Notes: generated from the sequence alone by a model not told the origin. Shown: positions 48,790 to 59,546, counted from the first letter of the stretch. The stretch: 64,000 nt of DNA from a candidate division FCPU426 bacterium (GCA_963840035.1 CAWIXE010000002.1:1088001-1152000), one strand, 5' to 3'. Translations and numbers: made by a program.

Positions 48790-49858
48790 AGAAATGGCAT
48801 TTGTTCATATCAAACACAAGCTCCACTTCCTGATTTACCTCGACTTCAGCGTCCGCGTCCATTTTTGCTATGAACGGCGTCTTTCCTGTTGTTAAGTATA
48901 TGTTTGATTCAGGCCCCAGATGCTCGACTACTTCAACTGTCGCGGGAACCGTGTTATCAGCGCTGGCGTTGGGCGCGTATACTTTGTCATAAATGTCTTC
49001 AGGCCTGATACCCATTGTTATCTCTGAACCAACTGAAGCTTTAAGCTTGTCTGTCATGCTGTCCGGCACGCGAACTTCAAAGTTTTCCTCGTTGAAATAA
49101 AGCCCGCCCTTTTTAGATTCCAGCGTCCCTTCGATAAAGTTCATTGACGGGCTTCCTATGAATCCAGCGACGAACTTGTTTGTAGGTTTGTCATAGAGCA
49201 CTTTCGGCGGCCCGATCTGCTGCACTTCGGTATTCTTCATGACTACGATCTTTTCTCCCATGGTCATGGCCTCTACCTGGTCGTGCGTTACATATATCAT
49301 CGTGGCCTGCAGCCTGGTGTGGAGCTTTGATATCTCCGCCCTCATCTGCACGCGCAGTTTCGCGTCTAAGTTCGACAGCGGTTCGTCAAACAGGAACACT
49401 TTAGGCTTCCTGACTATCGCCCTTCCAAGCGCGACCCTCTGCCTCTCTCCGCCGGAGAGTTCTTTGGGTTTGCGTTTTAAGAACCTTTCAATGGTTAAAA
49501 TATCCGCGGCTTCCATGACCCTCTGCTTGATTTCTGAAGCCGGGTATTTGCGGAGCTTAAGCCCGAATGCCATATTTTCATATACTGTCATGTGCGGGTA
49601 CAAAGCATAGTTCTGGAATACCATGGCGATGTCCCTGTCTTTGGGCGGTATGTCGTTTACTAAAAGGTCGTCGATGTATATCTCGCCCGAAGTAATCTCC
49701 TCAAGGCCCGCTACCATGCGAAGCGTAGTGGTTTTACCGCAGCCCGAAGGCCCTACGAGAATAAGGAATTCCTTATCTTCACATACGATATTAGCGTCTT
49801 TCACAGCCACAACATTGCCATATTTTTTCATTACGTTCTTTATAACGACTCTAGCCAT
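48758..49858 (-). CDS. Sugar ABC transporter ATPase (MalK/UgpC/MsmX family)
   Basis: GPSGCGKT, VFQNYALYPH, LSGGERQR, DEPLSNLD, TOBE domain. Confidence 0.93.
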   Translation of the reverse strand: MARVVIKNVMKKYGNVVAVKDANIVCEDKEFLILVGPSGCGKTTTLRMVAGLEEITSGEIYIDDLLVNDIPPKDRDIAMVFQNYALYPHMTVYENMAFGLKLRKYPASEIKQRVMEAADILTIERFLKRKPKELSGGERQRVALGRAIVRKPKVFLFDEPLSNLDAKLRVQMRAEISKLHTRLQATMIYVTHDQVEAMTMGEKIVVMKNTEVQQIGPPKVLYDKPTNKFVAGFIGSPSMNFIEGTLESKKGGLYFNEENFEVRVPDSMTDKLKASVGSEITMGIRPEDIYDKVYAPNASADNTVPATVEVVEHLGPESNIYLTTGKTPFIAKMDADAEVEVNQEVELVFDMNKCHFFDSKTEKAII

Positions 49859-49954
49859 GTGTTCCCTCCAGCATTTTGGAATAATTTTGTTAAGTAAATT
49901 AATGTAATGATAATATCATAATACGGAATATTAGACAAGGGATTTATGAACGCT

Positions 49955-50058
49955 AATTGTATATTTTCAATTTTAAATTTTCAATTAAACCCGCCGCAAT
50001 TAACTGCTGTTTCTCGCTATTAATTGAAAATTGAAAATACAGAATTGAAAATTCAATG
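49955..50058. repeat. TTTTCAA-heptamer inverted repeat, family B, copy 2
   Basis: Homologous to 44444..44550. Confidence 0.75.
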
Positions 50059-50132
50059 ATATTTTAGTTGAATTTATACCCAAAATGCCCTAAAATTATA
50101 TCTGTTTTTCAATTCATCCAAAGAGGTGCCAC

Positions 50133-52514
50133 TTGGTTTACGACGGTTACAAAAGCATATATAATAAGGATAACAGCAATTCAAAGAACCCCGGCAAAGA
50201 CATGCCTGGCAAGGACAGTAACGGGAATAATCTCCCTCCCCCGCCGAAGGCGCCAAAAGGAAAAGGTATAACCCCGATTACCCTGTCCATAATAATTCTT
50301 GGCTCTTTTGTTGCGCTTGGCGCTTTAACAGGCATATTCATCGCCTACATGCAGGAAGTGCCCGAGGTTGCCGACCTTAAAAACTATAAGCCTAACATGT
50401 CCACTGCTGTTTATGACGACAAAGGCGGCATGATTTCGCAGTTATATGATGAACAGCGCACTGTTGTACGGCTCTCAGATGTGCCTATTAACCTTCAGAA
50501 CGCATTTATCGCGAAGGAAGACCCCCGCTTTTTCCAGCACAGCGGTTTTGACATCAAGGGTATTATCAGGGCTACTGTTAATAATTTAATACACATGAAA
50601 ATAGTCGAGGGCGCTTCGACCATCACACAGCAGCTCGCCAGGAACCTGTTCTTAAACAGGGACAGGAACTTTACCAGGAAGATTAAGGAAGCCATACTTG
50701 CCCTTCAGATTGAAAAATATTACACAAAAAAAGAGATTCTTGAGCTTTACTGCAACCAGATATTCTTCGGCAACGGCGCTTACGGCGTCGAGGCCGCGGC
50801 AAGGTCATATTTCGGCAAGCATGTATACGAACTCACATTGCCCGAATGCGCCATGATAGCAGCTCTTCCTCAGGCGCCGACAAACCACAATCCTTACCGC
50901 AACCTTGAAATTGCCACGGAAAAAAGGAATGTGGTCCTTGACAAGATGGCCGAACGCGGCTTTATTACAAACGAAGAAAAAGACCTTGCAAAAGCAACCC
51001 CGATACAGCTGAATAAACTCGAGGTAAAAAACGCCCCCTATTTCGTGGAATATGTGCGGCAGCAGCTCGAGGCCACATACGGCACAAGCATCATTTATAA
51101 AGGCGGGCTGCGCGTTAATACCACCCTTAATTCAGCCATGCAGAACACCGCCCAGGAAGTGTTTAATTTCAATCTACGCGCCATACAGGCGCGCATCGAG
51201 GCCAACAAAGGCCGCAAGCTTGACTCCCCGCTTCAGGGCGCCATGATAGCCATGGACCCGAAAACAGGCCAGATACTAATGATGATAGGCGGCATTGATT
51301 ACTCAAAAAGCGAATTCAACCGCGCCGTGCAGGCAAAAAGGCAGACCGGCTCGGCGTTCAAGCCCATTGTTTACGCGTCAGCCATCGCCAGCGGCTTCAG
51401 GGTTTCCGATATTTTCATGGATTCACCCATAGTATTCAAGAATGAAAACGGCTCTGACTGGAAACCGGAAAATTTCTCGGGCAAGTTCGGCGGCCCCACC
51501 ACCCTCTTAAACGGCCTTACCTATTCAAAGAACGTGGTTACGGTAAAACTCCTTAACAAAGTCGGTATCGGCACGGTTAAAAAATACGCCAACAAACTCG
51601 GTATCACAAGCCCGCTTTCATCCGACTTAACGCTCGGGCTTGGTTCTTCCAGCGTTTCCCTGCTTGAAATGGTCACGGCCTTTTCAGCATTCGCCAACGG
51701 CGGCATGAAAGTCGAGCCTTTATCCATACTTTCTGTAAAAGATTCAAACGGCAAGGACCTGGAAACAAACATCCCCAGGCTGACCGAAGCCATCCCTGAC
51801 ACGACAGCGTACATCATGACTTATATGATGGAGAGCGTGGTCAATAACGGAACCGGCAAGACCGTCAGGAACCTCGGCTTTTCAGGCCCCGCAGCCGGCA
51901 AAACAGGTACGACAAATGACTTTACCGACGCGTGGTACTTAGGCTTTACACCCGAGGTAGTAGTCGGCATATGGATAGGGTTTGACTCAAAGGAATCCAT
52001 GGGCAAAGGCATGGTCGGCGGAACAATAGCCGCCCCGATTTGGGCGGAATTCATGCTTAATTCCTACGGTTCCTCCTCAAAGGAGTTCCAGGTACCGGAC
52101 AGCATTATATTCAAGAAAATATGCTCTAAAAGCGGCCTTTTAGCCACGCCTAACTGCCCTGTCATAAATACCGTTGACGCACCCTTTGTGGAAGGCACAG
52201 AACCCGCCAAACCGTGCAACATACACACGGCAGTGCAGGTAAATAACTTCATGAACGAAGATATGGAAAGCTTTGATGACGCCGCAGATGACTGGAATGA
52301 GGAAGAAGGCGGCACGTCGGTCAAATCAAAAGCAGCGGGTCCTAAGAGCGTCGAATCCGGCGACGACGATACACCCAGGCAGATAAATCAAAACGACACC
52401 GGAAAAAAATCCCAGCCCGCTCCGGCAAAAACAGCCCCAGCGCCGGCTGCAGCTAAGCCAGCGCCGAAACCCGATACAAATGCCGATGAAGAGAATAACG
52501 GGCTCGGATTTTAA
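50133..52514 (+). CDS. mrcA: Class A penicillin-binding protein 1A
   Basis: EDPRFFQH, GASTITQQL, RKIKE, SAFK, SKN, KTG. Confidence 0.92.
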   Translation: MVYDGYKSIYNKDNSNSKNPGKDMPGKDSNGNNLPPPPKAPKGKGITPITLSIIILGSFVALGALTGIFIAYMQEVPEVADLKNYKPNMSTAVYDDKGGMISQLYDEQRTVVRLSDVPINLQNAFIAKEDPRFFQHSGFDIKGIIRATVNNLIHMKIVEGASTITQQLARNLFLNRDRNFTRKIKEAILALQIEKYYTKKEILELYCNQIFFGNGAYGVEAAARSYFGKHVYELTLPECAMIAALPQAPTNHNPYRNLEIATEKRNVVLDKMAERGFITNEEKDLAKATPIQLNKLEVKNAPYFVEYVRQQLEATYGTSIIYKGGLRVNTTLNSAMQNTAQEVFNFNLRAIQARIEANKGRKLDSPLQGAMIAMDPKTGQILMMIGGIDYSKSEFNRAVQAKRQTGSAFKPIVYASAIASGFRVSDIFMDSPIVFKNENGSDWKPENFSGKFGGPTTLLNGLTYSKNVVTVKLLNKVGIGTVKKYANKLGITSPLSSDLTLGLGSSSVSLLEMVTAFSAFANGGMKVEPLSILSVKDSNGKDLETNIPRLTEAIPDTTAYIMTYMMESVVNNGTGKTVRNLGFSGPAAGKTGTTNDFTDAWYLGFTPEVVVGIWIGFDSKESMGKGMVGGTIAAPIWAEFMLNSYGSSSKEFQVPDSIIFKKICSKSGLLATPNCPVINTVDAPFVEGTEPAKPCNIHTAVQVNNFMNEDMESFDDAADDWNEEEGGTSVKSKAAGPKSVESGDDDTPRQINQNDTGKKSQPAPAKTAPAPAAAKPAPKPDTNADEENNGLGF

Positions 52515-52520
52515 GCCGGA

Positions 52521-53843
52521 TCATTTCCCTGTTTTAATGCCGGCTTCGGGTGGCTTTTTTAAAAAAAACGCGAAAATATCATTGGGTGACCTGTCAAACA
52601 GGCAATAAACCGCGTCATCCTGTATCGGCCTGCCGACAAGTTCAGAGGCTTTCAGCGCCAGGTAAAACCTCCTGATATTTTTGAATGTCGGCACAAAAGT
52701 GAATGACTTTTTCCTGAACTCATCTCCCGCGGCATATGTCAGCTTTTCACCGGATTTTGCCACCGCGCAGTTTATAACCGAATGTATATCCAGCAGCATC
52801 ATGTCTGTTATCCCCATATTTAAGGCTGTTTTCGCGGCAATTTCCTGAGGCATGTATGTAGTCCAGATATATCCCGCATACTCCCCGCCCTTCATGAACA
52901 GGTAGGACCTGATAATATTATCCGTATATTTTATGAATTTTTTTGGGTAATATCCGGCAGCAGGCTTTCCATTTTCAAGAATCGCGTACCTGTTCTGGGT
53001 AAAAGTGCTGATCTTTTCCTTTTCAGGGAGGTTTTCATAAGCCCCCATTTTCATGGATCCATCGTCGTATATGGCCACAGTCGCCATGCCGTCTGCGGGC
53101 GCGAACATTACGTTATGATTAAATCCGCACCCTGCCTTGCCTGAGTCAAGACGGTAAAAAGTACCGTTAAAAACCGCAAGAAGACCCGCGGGGTCCTGTA
53201 CTCTGCAGTGGCTCGTATCCGCGCCGTTTTTTACGGTTTCAGATACACCTTCCGCCCATTTGCCAAGCTTCGGCGATGTACCGCCCCTGTAATAATTTTC
53301 ACCCGGATAGTAAGCAAGCCTGACGTCTTTTAACGGGAAAGCTACGAGATAGAATATTGATTTAGCCCTGATTCCTGGCTCGTATTTCATTATTTTATCC
53401 CGCTCATTTTTAGGAAGAAAAGGCGTGTCTTTGACAGCGTTAAAATACCGGTTAAAATCTCCGTCAATTCCGTCCATGAATGAGACATTAAATACCGTAA
53501 GCAGCGCTTTGGTTTCCCCATAATCAATATATGACAGCGGAGTGTATGGAAAGGAATCAATATTATTCCCGCGCATCTTTTCCCAGTCAACCTCTATGTA
53601 AAAGGGCCCTTTTCCCTTAACTTTTGACGATACCGGAAACACCCTGCCTTTCATCGCGTGGTACATTGACGCCCCAAAAGAGGCATATGCGGCATCACGG
53701 ACGATCTCTTCAGGTATGCTTATTTTGCCTTTAACGGCGCTGCCTTCGGGCTCTGCTGCCGCCGTATTTGGATTTGCCCGCAGGCACATTGTAAATAAAC
53801 ACAACAATAAAACGGAAAACATTTTTAAAACAGCACTATTCAC
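52521..53843 (-). CDS. Secreted hypothetical protein, weak similarity to phosphodiester glycosidase (DUF2233)
   Basis: Signal peptide; AVFNGTFY and MMLLD motifs. Confidence 0.5.
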   Translation of the reverse strand: MNSAVLKMFSVLLLCLFTMCLRANPNTAAAEPEGSAVKGKISIPEEIVRDAAYASFGASMYHAMKGRVFPVSSKVKGKGPFYIEVDWEKMRGNNIDSFPYTPLSYIDYGETKALLTVFNVSFMDGIDGDFNRYFNAVKDTPFLPKNERDKIMKYEPGIRAKSIFYLVAFPLKDVRLAYYPGENYYRGGTSPKLGKWAEGVSETVKNGADTSHCRVQDPAGLLAVFNGTFYRLDSGKAGCGFNHNVMFAPADGMATVAIYDDGSMKMGAYENLPEKEKISTFTQNRYAILENGKPAAGYYPKKFIKYTDNIIRSYLFMKGGEYAGYIWTTYMPQEIAAKTALNMGITDMMLLDIHSVINCAVAKSGEKLTYAAGDEFRKKSFTFVPTFKNIRRFYLALKASELVGRPIQDDAVYCLFDRSPNDIFAFFLKKPPEAGIKTGK

Positions 53844-53960
53844 AACTCACCCCGTTTATAAACCGCCCGGATATGACCCCGGTTCAGTCCGCGTAAGCCA
53901 TAATATCACATATAATTTCAAATACCAATCCAATGTTGATGCATGGTCTTTAAACCCGGC

Positions 53961-54689
53961 TCACAGGTCAGAAACGGCCCTTTCCATCACAGTCTTATAA
54001 TCAAAATTATAGTTTTCCATTTTTCCATCTTCATAAAAACTGTAATAACCCTTTCCATCGGTGCCTATTATTATATGGTCAAGCATGTTCATATCCATTT
54101 CCTTCACGGCAAAGAGAAGTTTCTTCGTTATTTTTCGGTCATTTTCCGACGGCGACGGGTCTCCGCTTGGGTGGTTGTGGACTATTACAAAGCTCAAAGA
54201 GCCGTTTTTTATGGCTTCCGCCATGATTTCCCTGGGGTAAAGCAGCGACTGCGTAAGGGTGCCGTCGCATATCTTTTTTGCCGCGGTTACCCTGTTCTTC
54301 GCGTTTAAAAATACGGCGTAAACAGACTCTTTTGTCGCGTCAGAACAGACATTCTTAAAGTAACTAATAATATCCGCCTGCGTACCGGCCCTGAAGGATT
54401 TTTTAACAAATGAGTCGGCGGAGTGTTCGTCAAGGAAGGATTTAATCACTTTAAAAAAAGTCCTGGCCTCATCCCCGATGCCTTCAATGTCGTGCTTTGC
54501 AACAACATCAAATACATTCTTAAAATTTCCGGAAGCGGCCGCGTAAATATCCTTTGCCTGTTTTTTAACGTCCTTGCCTTTAATGACATAGGACAAGAGC
54601 AGTTCAATTATCTCAGGTTTGACGGTTTTACCCTGGTTGAAGCGCTCTTTCAGCCTTTTGATGTGACCTATCCCGTAGTGATTTTGCAT
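53961..54689 (-). CDS. radC: RadC family JAB-domain protein
   Basis: GHIKRLKERF, YPREI, HNHPSGDPSPS.ND, LDHIII. Confidence 0.92.
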   Translation of the reverse strand: MQNHYGIGHIKRLKERFNQGKTVKPEIIELLLSYVIKGKDVKKQAKDIYAAASGNFKNVFDVVAKHDIEGIGDEARTFFKVIKSFLDEHSADSFVKKSFRAGTQADIISYFKNVCSDATKESVYAVFLNAKNRVTAAKKICDGTLTQSLLYPREIMAEAIKNGSLSFVIVHNHPSGDPSPSENDRKITKKLLFAVKEMDMNMLDHIIIGTDGKGYYSFYEDGKMENYNFDYKTVMERAVSDL

Positions 54690-54746
54690 GGTATAACCCC
54701 CCTATATTTTACGAAAAACATTTCTTGCTAATACAAAACCGCACTT

Positions 54747-55034
54747 GTAGCGGGCGCATTACATGCGCCCGGCTGTTGTAACATATCGGGCAACAACCTT
54801 GTTGGGCTATTAGTGAATCGCCCCTAAGAAGGTAAATCCCGTAGATTATCTGGTAGCCGCAGCCTTCAGGCTGCGTAAGGCAGGACATTTCCTGCGTTTC
54901 GCAACCTAAAGGTTGCGGCTACCAACCGGAATAACAAATACAACCATAAATCCAGCCTTGAGCCGCAGCTATTCGATATGTATATGTCATGAGTATATTA
55001 TAGAGCTCATGGCATATGCAAGCGGCGGCTCTAC
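54747..55034. repeat. Cluster of four different REP/REPIN hairpins
   Basis: 54747-54771, 54801-54828, 54852-54923 and 54956-55034. Confidence 0.8.
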
Positions 55035-55256
55035 AAATACTCATACCACAAAAACATTCGTACACTCTTGCCTAGTATTCATTCCCCATTCCCCATTGCC
55101 TATTCCCCTTTTGCCACCCACTCTGACTCAACTCCACGGTTACCGCAAGTAAAACAAAGGCCTGCATAGTTTATGTATATTTGTTCTCGCGCTTGACGCT
55201 CGAACGCTTATCCCGCTCGTCCCCGCTGGTGGAACGCGCGGGGACTTGACCGGGGA

Positions 55257-55315
55257 TTATGTGCCAGTAACATTTTGCTGCGACTCTGGTCTTGCAAAAT
55301 GTTACTGGCACATAA
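55257..55315. repeat. Perfect 22-bp inverted repeat
   Basis: ttatgtgccagtaacattttgc-15 nt-gcaaaatgttactggcacataa. Confidence 0.85.
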
Positions 55316-55352
55316 AAAAAGGCAGGCACGAATAAATTCATGCCCGCCTTTT
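55315..55352 (-). terminator. Intrinsic terminator
   Basis: aaaaaaggcaggcacgaa/ttcatgcccgcctttttt hairpin after the TPR gene. Confidence 0.65.
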
Positions 55353-55371
55353 TAAGGAGTGTATTTTTATA

Positions 55372-56073
55372 TTAGAACAGGAATAAAACCGCGATTGCGC
55401 CGGCAAACAAGCCCGCGAGCAAGAGCGGATGAATTCCAAGCTGCTGGCTGATCCTCGGCTCTCCTCCGCCTTCTCCGCCTCCGAGTTTTGCCAGAACGCT
55501 TCTTACGCCCGGGTTGTTCGGATTAAGCTGGAGCGACTTTTCATATGCCGATTTTGCGTTGGCCATATCGCCTTTATAATAGTACGCGGTTCCCATGAAC
55601 TGATATGCCTGATAAGTAGGCTGCGCGTTCGCGCTTGCCTGATAATACTTGATAGCCATGTCATACTGCCTGGCTTTCAGGTACTTATGTCCGGTTACGA
55701 GATACTGCTGCGCGGGGCCGCCTGCGGCAGCTCCGCCCGCTGACGCGCCGCCAAGTTTTGCTACCATGGCTTTCGCGTTTGCGTTCGCGGGATTCATCTT
55801 AAGCGCGTACTGAAAATTCCTCAGCGCGTTTGCCTTATCGCCTTTGTAATAATAAGCGACGCCTGAATAGTAATATGCCTCCGACGTGGCGCCCTGTTTG
55901 ATGGATCCGGCGTAATACTGAAGCGCCTTATCAAACTGTTTTGCCTGGAGCATTTTGTTACCCGCGTCAAGATACTGTTTTGCCATCTGCGGGGTCGCAG
56001 AAACAAAACCTACTGCAAATAAGGAAATTATTGCTAAAATCACCATAAACTTGATTGTTCTTAATTTCATCAC
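55372..56073 (-). CDS. Exported TPR protein with duplicated module and C-terminal membrane anchor
   Basis: Signal peptide, two similar TPR modules (AYYYKGD), Gly linkers, hydrophobic C-terminus. Confidence 0.8.
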   Translation of the reverse strand: MMKLRTIKFMVILAIISLFAVGFVSATPQMAKQYLDAGNKMLQAKQFDKALQYYAGSIKQGATSEAYYYSGVAYYYKGDKANALRNFQYALKMNPANANAKAMVAKLGGASAGGAAAGGPAQQYLVTGHKYLKARQYDMAIKYYQASANAQPTYQAYQFMGTAYYYKGDMANAKSAYEKSLQLNPNNPGVRSVLAKLGGGEGGGEPRISQQLGIHPLLLAGLFAGAIAVLFLF

Positions 56074-56118
56074 CGCACACTCCTTAATAAATATTTTATT
56101 ATTGTCTTGTGTTTTTGT

Positions 56119-57576
56119 TTACGGCATCGGCGGGAGCTGGTCTCCCGGCATCATTCCCATGTCGCCGCCAGGCAAACCCGGGTCTCCCGGTAACGCATTA
56201 TCCGGTTCTCCCGGAAGTCCCATACCTGCATCCGGAGCCGGCAGATCGCCGCTCATGTCTCCCGGGGGTAATCCCATATCCCCGCCTGGGGCTCCCATGT
56301 CGCCTCCGGGTAATCCCATATCTCCGCCGGGTGCGCCCATATCAGCGCCTGGCTCTCCGGGCATTCCCATATCTCCACCTGGGGCTCCCATGTCGCCTCC
56401 GGGTAATCCCATATCTCCGCCGGGTGCGCCCATATCAGCGCCTGGCTCTCCGGGCATTCCCATATCTCCACCTGGGGCTCCCATGTCGCCTCCGGGTAAT
56501 CCCATATCTCCGCCGGGTGCGCCCATATCAGCGCCTGGTTCTCCGGGCATTCCCATATCCCCGCCTGGGGCTCCCATGTCGCCTCCGGGTAATCCCATAT
56601 CTCCGCCGGGTGCGCCCATATCAGCGCCTGGTTCTCCGGGCATTCCCATATCCCCGCCTGGGGCTCCCATGTCGCCACCGGGCATTCCCATATCTCCGCC
56701 GGGTGCGCCCATGTCAGCGCCTGGTTCTCCGGGCATTCCCATATCTCCGCCGGGTGCGCCCATGTCAGCGCCTGGTTCTCCGGGCATTCCCATATCTCCA
56801 CCGGGTGCGCCCATGTCAGCGCCTGGTTCTCCGGGCATTCCCATATCTCCACCGGGTGCGCCCATGTCAGCGCCTGGTTCTCCGGGCATTCCCATATCTC
56901 CGCCTGGCGCGCCCATATCGCCGCCGGGCATTGTTTCTTCACCGGGTAACGCGGCATTCGGCTCGCCAAGAGGTTCATTGGAAACTCCCGGGGCTTCTCC
57001 TGGCATGCCCATATCAGGCGCGCCTGGTTCAATACCGGCTCCCACTTCAGGGCCGCCCGGCGTCATTGCAGGTTCTCCCGGCAATGCAGGAACGCCTGTT
57101 GAACCGCCTGGAAGCTGCGTGGTATTATTATTTGATTTTGATGAAGCTGTGGATTTTCTTTTTGATTTTGTCCTGCTGGCAAGCATGACTTTCTTTTCCT
57201 GATATTTCCTTACCCTTATCTTAGGATACATGGATTTCGCCACCATGGCGCCGCCGTTGCCTTCCTGCAACAGCCAGCTGTCAACTATCCTTACCGCTGA
57301 CATGCGTTGAAAAGGCTGTACAACTTCCACCATTACTTTTCCATAACGACCGTTCACAAGGAATCTGTCGCCCTGCTTTATGCCATGGGCTTTCCCAATA
57401 TCAACGTATGAATATTCCTTGTAATTCGGGTCCGCGATGCCGATTATTTTGGCGTTAACCGCGTAATCGGTTTTCTTATGGGTAGACTTAGCAGGCTGGG
57501 CATATATGATAGCATTTAACGAAAAAACAAGGACAAGGGACAATAATATCAATAACGCCAATTTTCTGTTTTTCAT
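56119..57576 (-). CDS. Secreted protein with FlgT-C-like domain and Gly/Pro/Met/Asp repeat tail
   Basis: GGAGG RBS, signal peptide, YVDIGKAHGIKQGD motif, GGDMG(A/M/L)P repeats. Confidence 0.8.
   Translation of the reverse strand: MKNRKLALLILLSLVLVFSLNAIIYAQPAKSTHKKTDYAVNAKIIGIADPNYKEYSYVDIGKAHGIKQGDRFLVNGRYGKVMVEVVQPFQRMSAVRIVDSWLLQEGNGGAMVAKSMYPKIRVRKYQEKKVMLASRTKSKRKSTASSKSNNNTTQLPGGSTGVPALPGEPAMTPGGPEVGAGIEPGAPDMGMPGEAPGVSNEPLGEPNAALPGEETMPGGDMGAPGGDMGMPGEPGADMGAPGGDMGMPGEPGADMGAPGGDMGMPGEPGADMGAPGGDMGMPGEPGADMGAPGGDMGMPGGDMGAPGGDMGMPGEPGADMGAPGGDMGLPGGDMGAPGGDMGMPGEPGADMGAPGGDMGLPGGDMGAPGGDMGMPGEPGADMGAPGGDMGLPGGDMGAPGGDMGMPGEPGADMGAPGGDMGLPGGDMGAPGGDMGLPPGDMSGDLPAPDAGMGLPGEPDNALPGDPGLPGGDMGMMPGDQLPPMP
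56262..56930. repeat. Coding hierarchical tandem repeat (21, 51 and 93 nt units)
   Basis: 7-aa, 17-aa and 31-aa units with near-identical DNA. Confidence 0.9.
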
Positions 57577-57619
57577 ACATCCTCCAAACCTTTTTTAAAA
57601 GCTTCAAAGAAGTGTTTTT

Positions 57620-57648
57620 ATCTTATATTAAACGCAAAAATTTGTCAA
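57620..57648 (-). promoter_or_regulatory. Sigma70-type promoter
   Basis: TTGACA-17 bp-TAAGAT. Confidence 0.6.
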
Positions 57649-57708
57649 TAATAAACTTGATTTTGATTATTGAAATGTTGTTTCGCTATTTTTGTTTTGT
57701 TAATCGAT

Positions 57709-58344
57709 TTACCGCGTTTTTTTCCTTATTTTAAGGGGTTTTTCAGCCGTAAACCTTTGTTTTATGGCATACGCGGCTTTTTTAACCGCTTTCATCCTGT
57801 GCGAAATCTCATTCTTCTGCTCAAGACTCATTTCCGCGTATGTTTTTTTACATTCTTTTACGTAAAACACAGGGTCATAACCAAACCCTTTATTCCCTTT
57901 TAACCCTTCAGTAATGAACCCTCTGACGCTGCCCTCATACACTTCTTCTTTCCCGTCAGGGTAAATAACAGCGACAACAGTCCTGAATAATGCCCCGCGT
58001 TCCGCGGTTTTTACGCCTTTCATAAGCTTGATAAGTTTTCTATTATTATCTTCAAATGAACACTGCGGCCCGGCGAAACGCGCGGAGTAAACTCCCGGGG
58101 CTTTTGCCAGGTAATCCACTTCGAGCCCGGTGTCATCGGAAATAACCGTCCTTTTACCGGCTTTTCCCCTTACAGCCCTCGCTTTGATCAGTGCGTTCTC
58201 GGCAAGCGTCTCGCCTGTTTCTTCTATGTCGCCTGAAAAACCAATATCGCTTAATGAAAGCACTTTGATATTATCCTCACCAAGGACGTGGCTTATCTCA
58301 CGGAGCTTGTTTGCGTTATTTGAAGCAAGGACCACTTGCGTCAT
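57709..58344 (-). CDS. rdgB: dITP/XTP pyrophosphatase
   Basis: [33 protein letters not shown]. Confidence 0.94.
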   Translation of the reverse strand: MTQVVLASNNANKLREISHVLGEDNIKVLSLSDIGFSGDIEETGETLAENALIKARAVRGKAGKRTVISDDTGLEVDYLAKAPGVYSARFAGPQCSFEDNNRKLIKLMKGVKTAERGALFRTVVAVIYPDGKEEVYEGSVRGFITEGLKGNKGFGYDPVFYVKECKKTYAEMSLEQKNEISHRMKAVKKAAYAIKQRFTAEKPLKIRKKTR

Positions 58345-59066
58345 TTGGATATCCCCAGTGTTTTTCTCTGCAGGGCAATGAGTTCCACAATGCCTTTTTT
58401 CGCGTAAGCGAGCATCTTCATTAATTTTTCCTCATTGAAGGTCTTCTTCTCAGCGGTTGACTGTATCTCAACAAACTCGCCCGCTTCGGTCATAACCACG
58501 TTCATATCAACCTGCGCCGAAGAATCCTCCGCGTAGTTTAGGTCAAGTATTTCCTCGCCCGCGGTATTGACGCCGGAGGAAACTGCCGCCACAAAACTCT
58601 TTATGGGGTTTTCTTTTATGTCTCCGTTTTGCATCATGACCGCTATGGCGTCATAAAGCGCCACAAACGACCCTGTAATGGCCGCGGTCCTTGTGCCTCC
58701 GTCAGCCTGCATTACATCAGCGTCTATGATTATTGATTTCTCCCCTATCTTCCTCATGTCAATAACGCTTCTCATTGAGCGGCCGATGAGCCTCTGTATC
58801 TCCTGGCTGCGGCCGTTGATCTTCCCTTTTACTCCGTCGCGCGGTATCCTCGACTGTGTGGAGCGCGGAAGCATGGAGTATTCGGCCGTGACCCATCCTG
58901 AACCCGTCCCTTTTAAGAAAGGCGGTATGTCGTTTGTAACAGTTGCCGTGCAAATCACTTTAGTATCGCCGAACTCAACTAACACCGAACCTTCCGCCGG
59001 CTTTATAAAATCGCGGGTTATCTTAACCGCCCTGAGCTGGTCGTTCTTACGTCCGTCTGGTCGCAT
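58341..59066 (-). CDS. rph: Ribonuclease PH
   Basis: [32 protein letters not shown]. Confidence 0.96.
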   Translation of the reverse strand: MRPDGRKNDQLRAVKITRDFIKPAEGSVLVEFGDTKVICTATVTNDIPPFLKGTGSGWVTAEYSMLPRSTQSRIPRDGVKGKINGRSQEIQRLIGRSMRSVIDMRKIGEKSIIIDADVMQADGGTRTAAITGSFVALYDAIAVMMQNGDIKENPIKSFVAAVSSGVNTAGEEILDLNYAEDSSAQVDMNVVMTEAGEFVEIQSTAEKKTFNEEKLMKMLAYAKKGIVELIALQRKTLGISK

Positions 59067-59082
59067 GAAACCTCCTTAAAAT

Positions 59083-59159
59083 CAGATAAGAACAGTTTGA
59101 AGTTTTTAGTTTTTAGATTAGTTCTAAACCATCTTAAAACTTAAAACTGCCTTTATCTG
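59083..59159. repeat. AGTTTT-periodic inverted repeat, family C, copy 1
   Basis: cagtttgaagtttttagtttt ... tcttaaaacttaaaactgcc; homolog at 60442..60522. Confidence 0.75.
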
Positions 59160-59161
59160 TC

Positions 59162-59527
59162 TTACTCGTAATACGCCGCCATGGAGCCTTCCGACTCCCA
59201 GATGCATACTTTCAAGACCGAAACCTTCTTTATTTTTTTCTTTAATGCCTCATATATATACCTGGCGATGTTCTCCGCCGATGTGTTGTTCTTTTTAAAA
59301 TACGGTATGTCCTTATTCAGGTGCTTATGGTCGAGGCTGTCCGTTATTTTCTTCAGGGAACTTTTCAGGACGTTAAAATCAACCGCAAGGCCGATTGAAT
59401 CGAGTTTTGAAGATGTAAAATAAGCTTCCACCGTATAATTATGCCCGTGAACATGCTCGCATTTGCCTTTATAACCGCGCAGGTTGTGAGCGGCTGAGAA
59501 AACATCCCTTACCATGAGTTCATACAT
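59162..59527 (-). CDS. queD: 6-carboxytetrahydropterin synthase
   Basis: FSAAH, C..VHGHNY, LDHKHLN, SAENIA, WES. Confidence 0.93.
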   Translation of the reverse strand: MYELMVRDVFSAAHNLRGYKGKCEHVHGHNYTVEAYFTSSKLDSIGLAVDFNVLKSSLKKITDSLDHKHLNKDIPYFKKNNTSAENIARYIYEALKKKIKKVSVLKVCIWESEGSMAAYYE

Positions 59528-59546
59528 TATTTGCTCCCTTTAAAGC

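Noticed and set aside
53961..54689. ICE marker radC
   Set aside because: Full-length chromosomal type with no mobility genes nearby
55955..57202. Long plus-strand and alternative-frame ORFs (415, 359, 259 aa)
   Set aside because: Shadow frames of the coding repeat; only 56119..57576 has promoter, RBS and signal peptide
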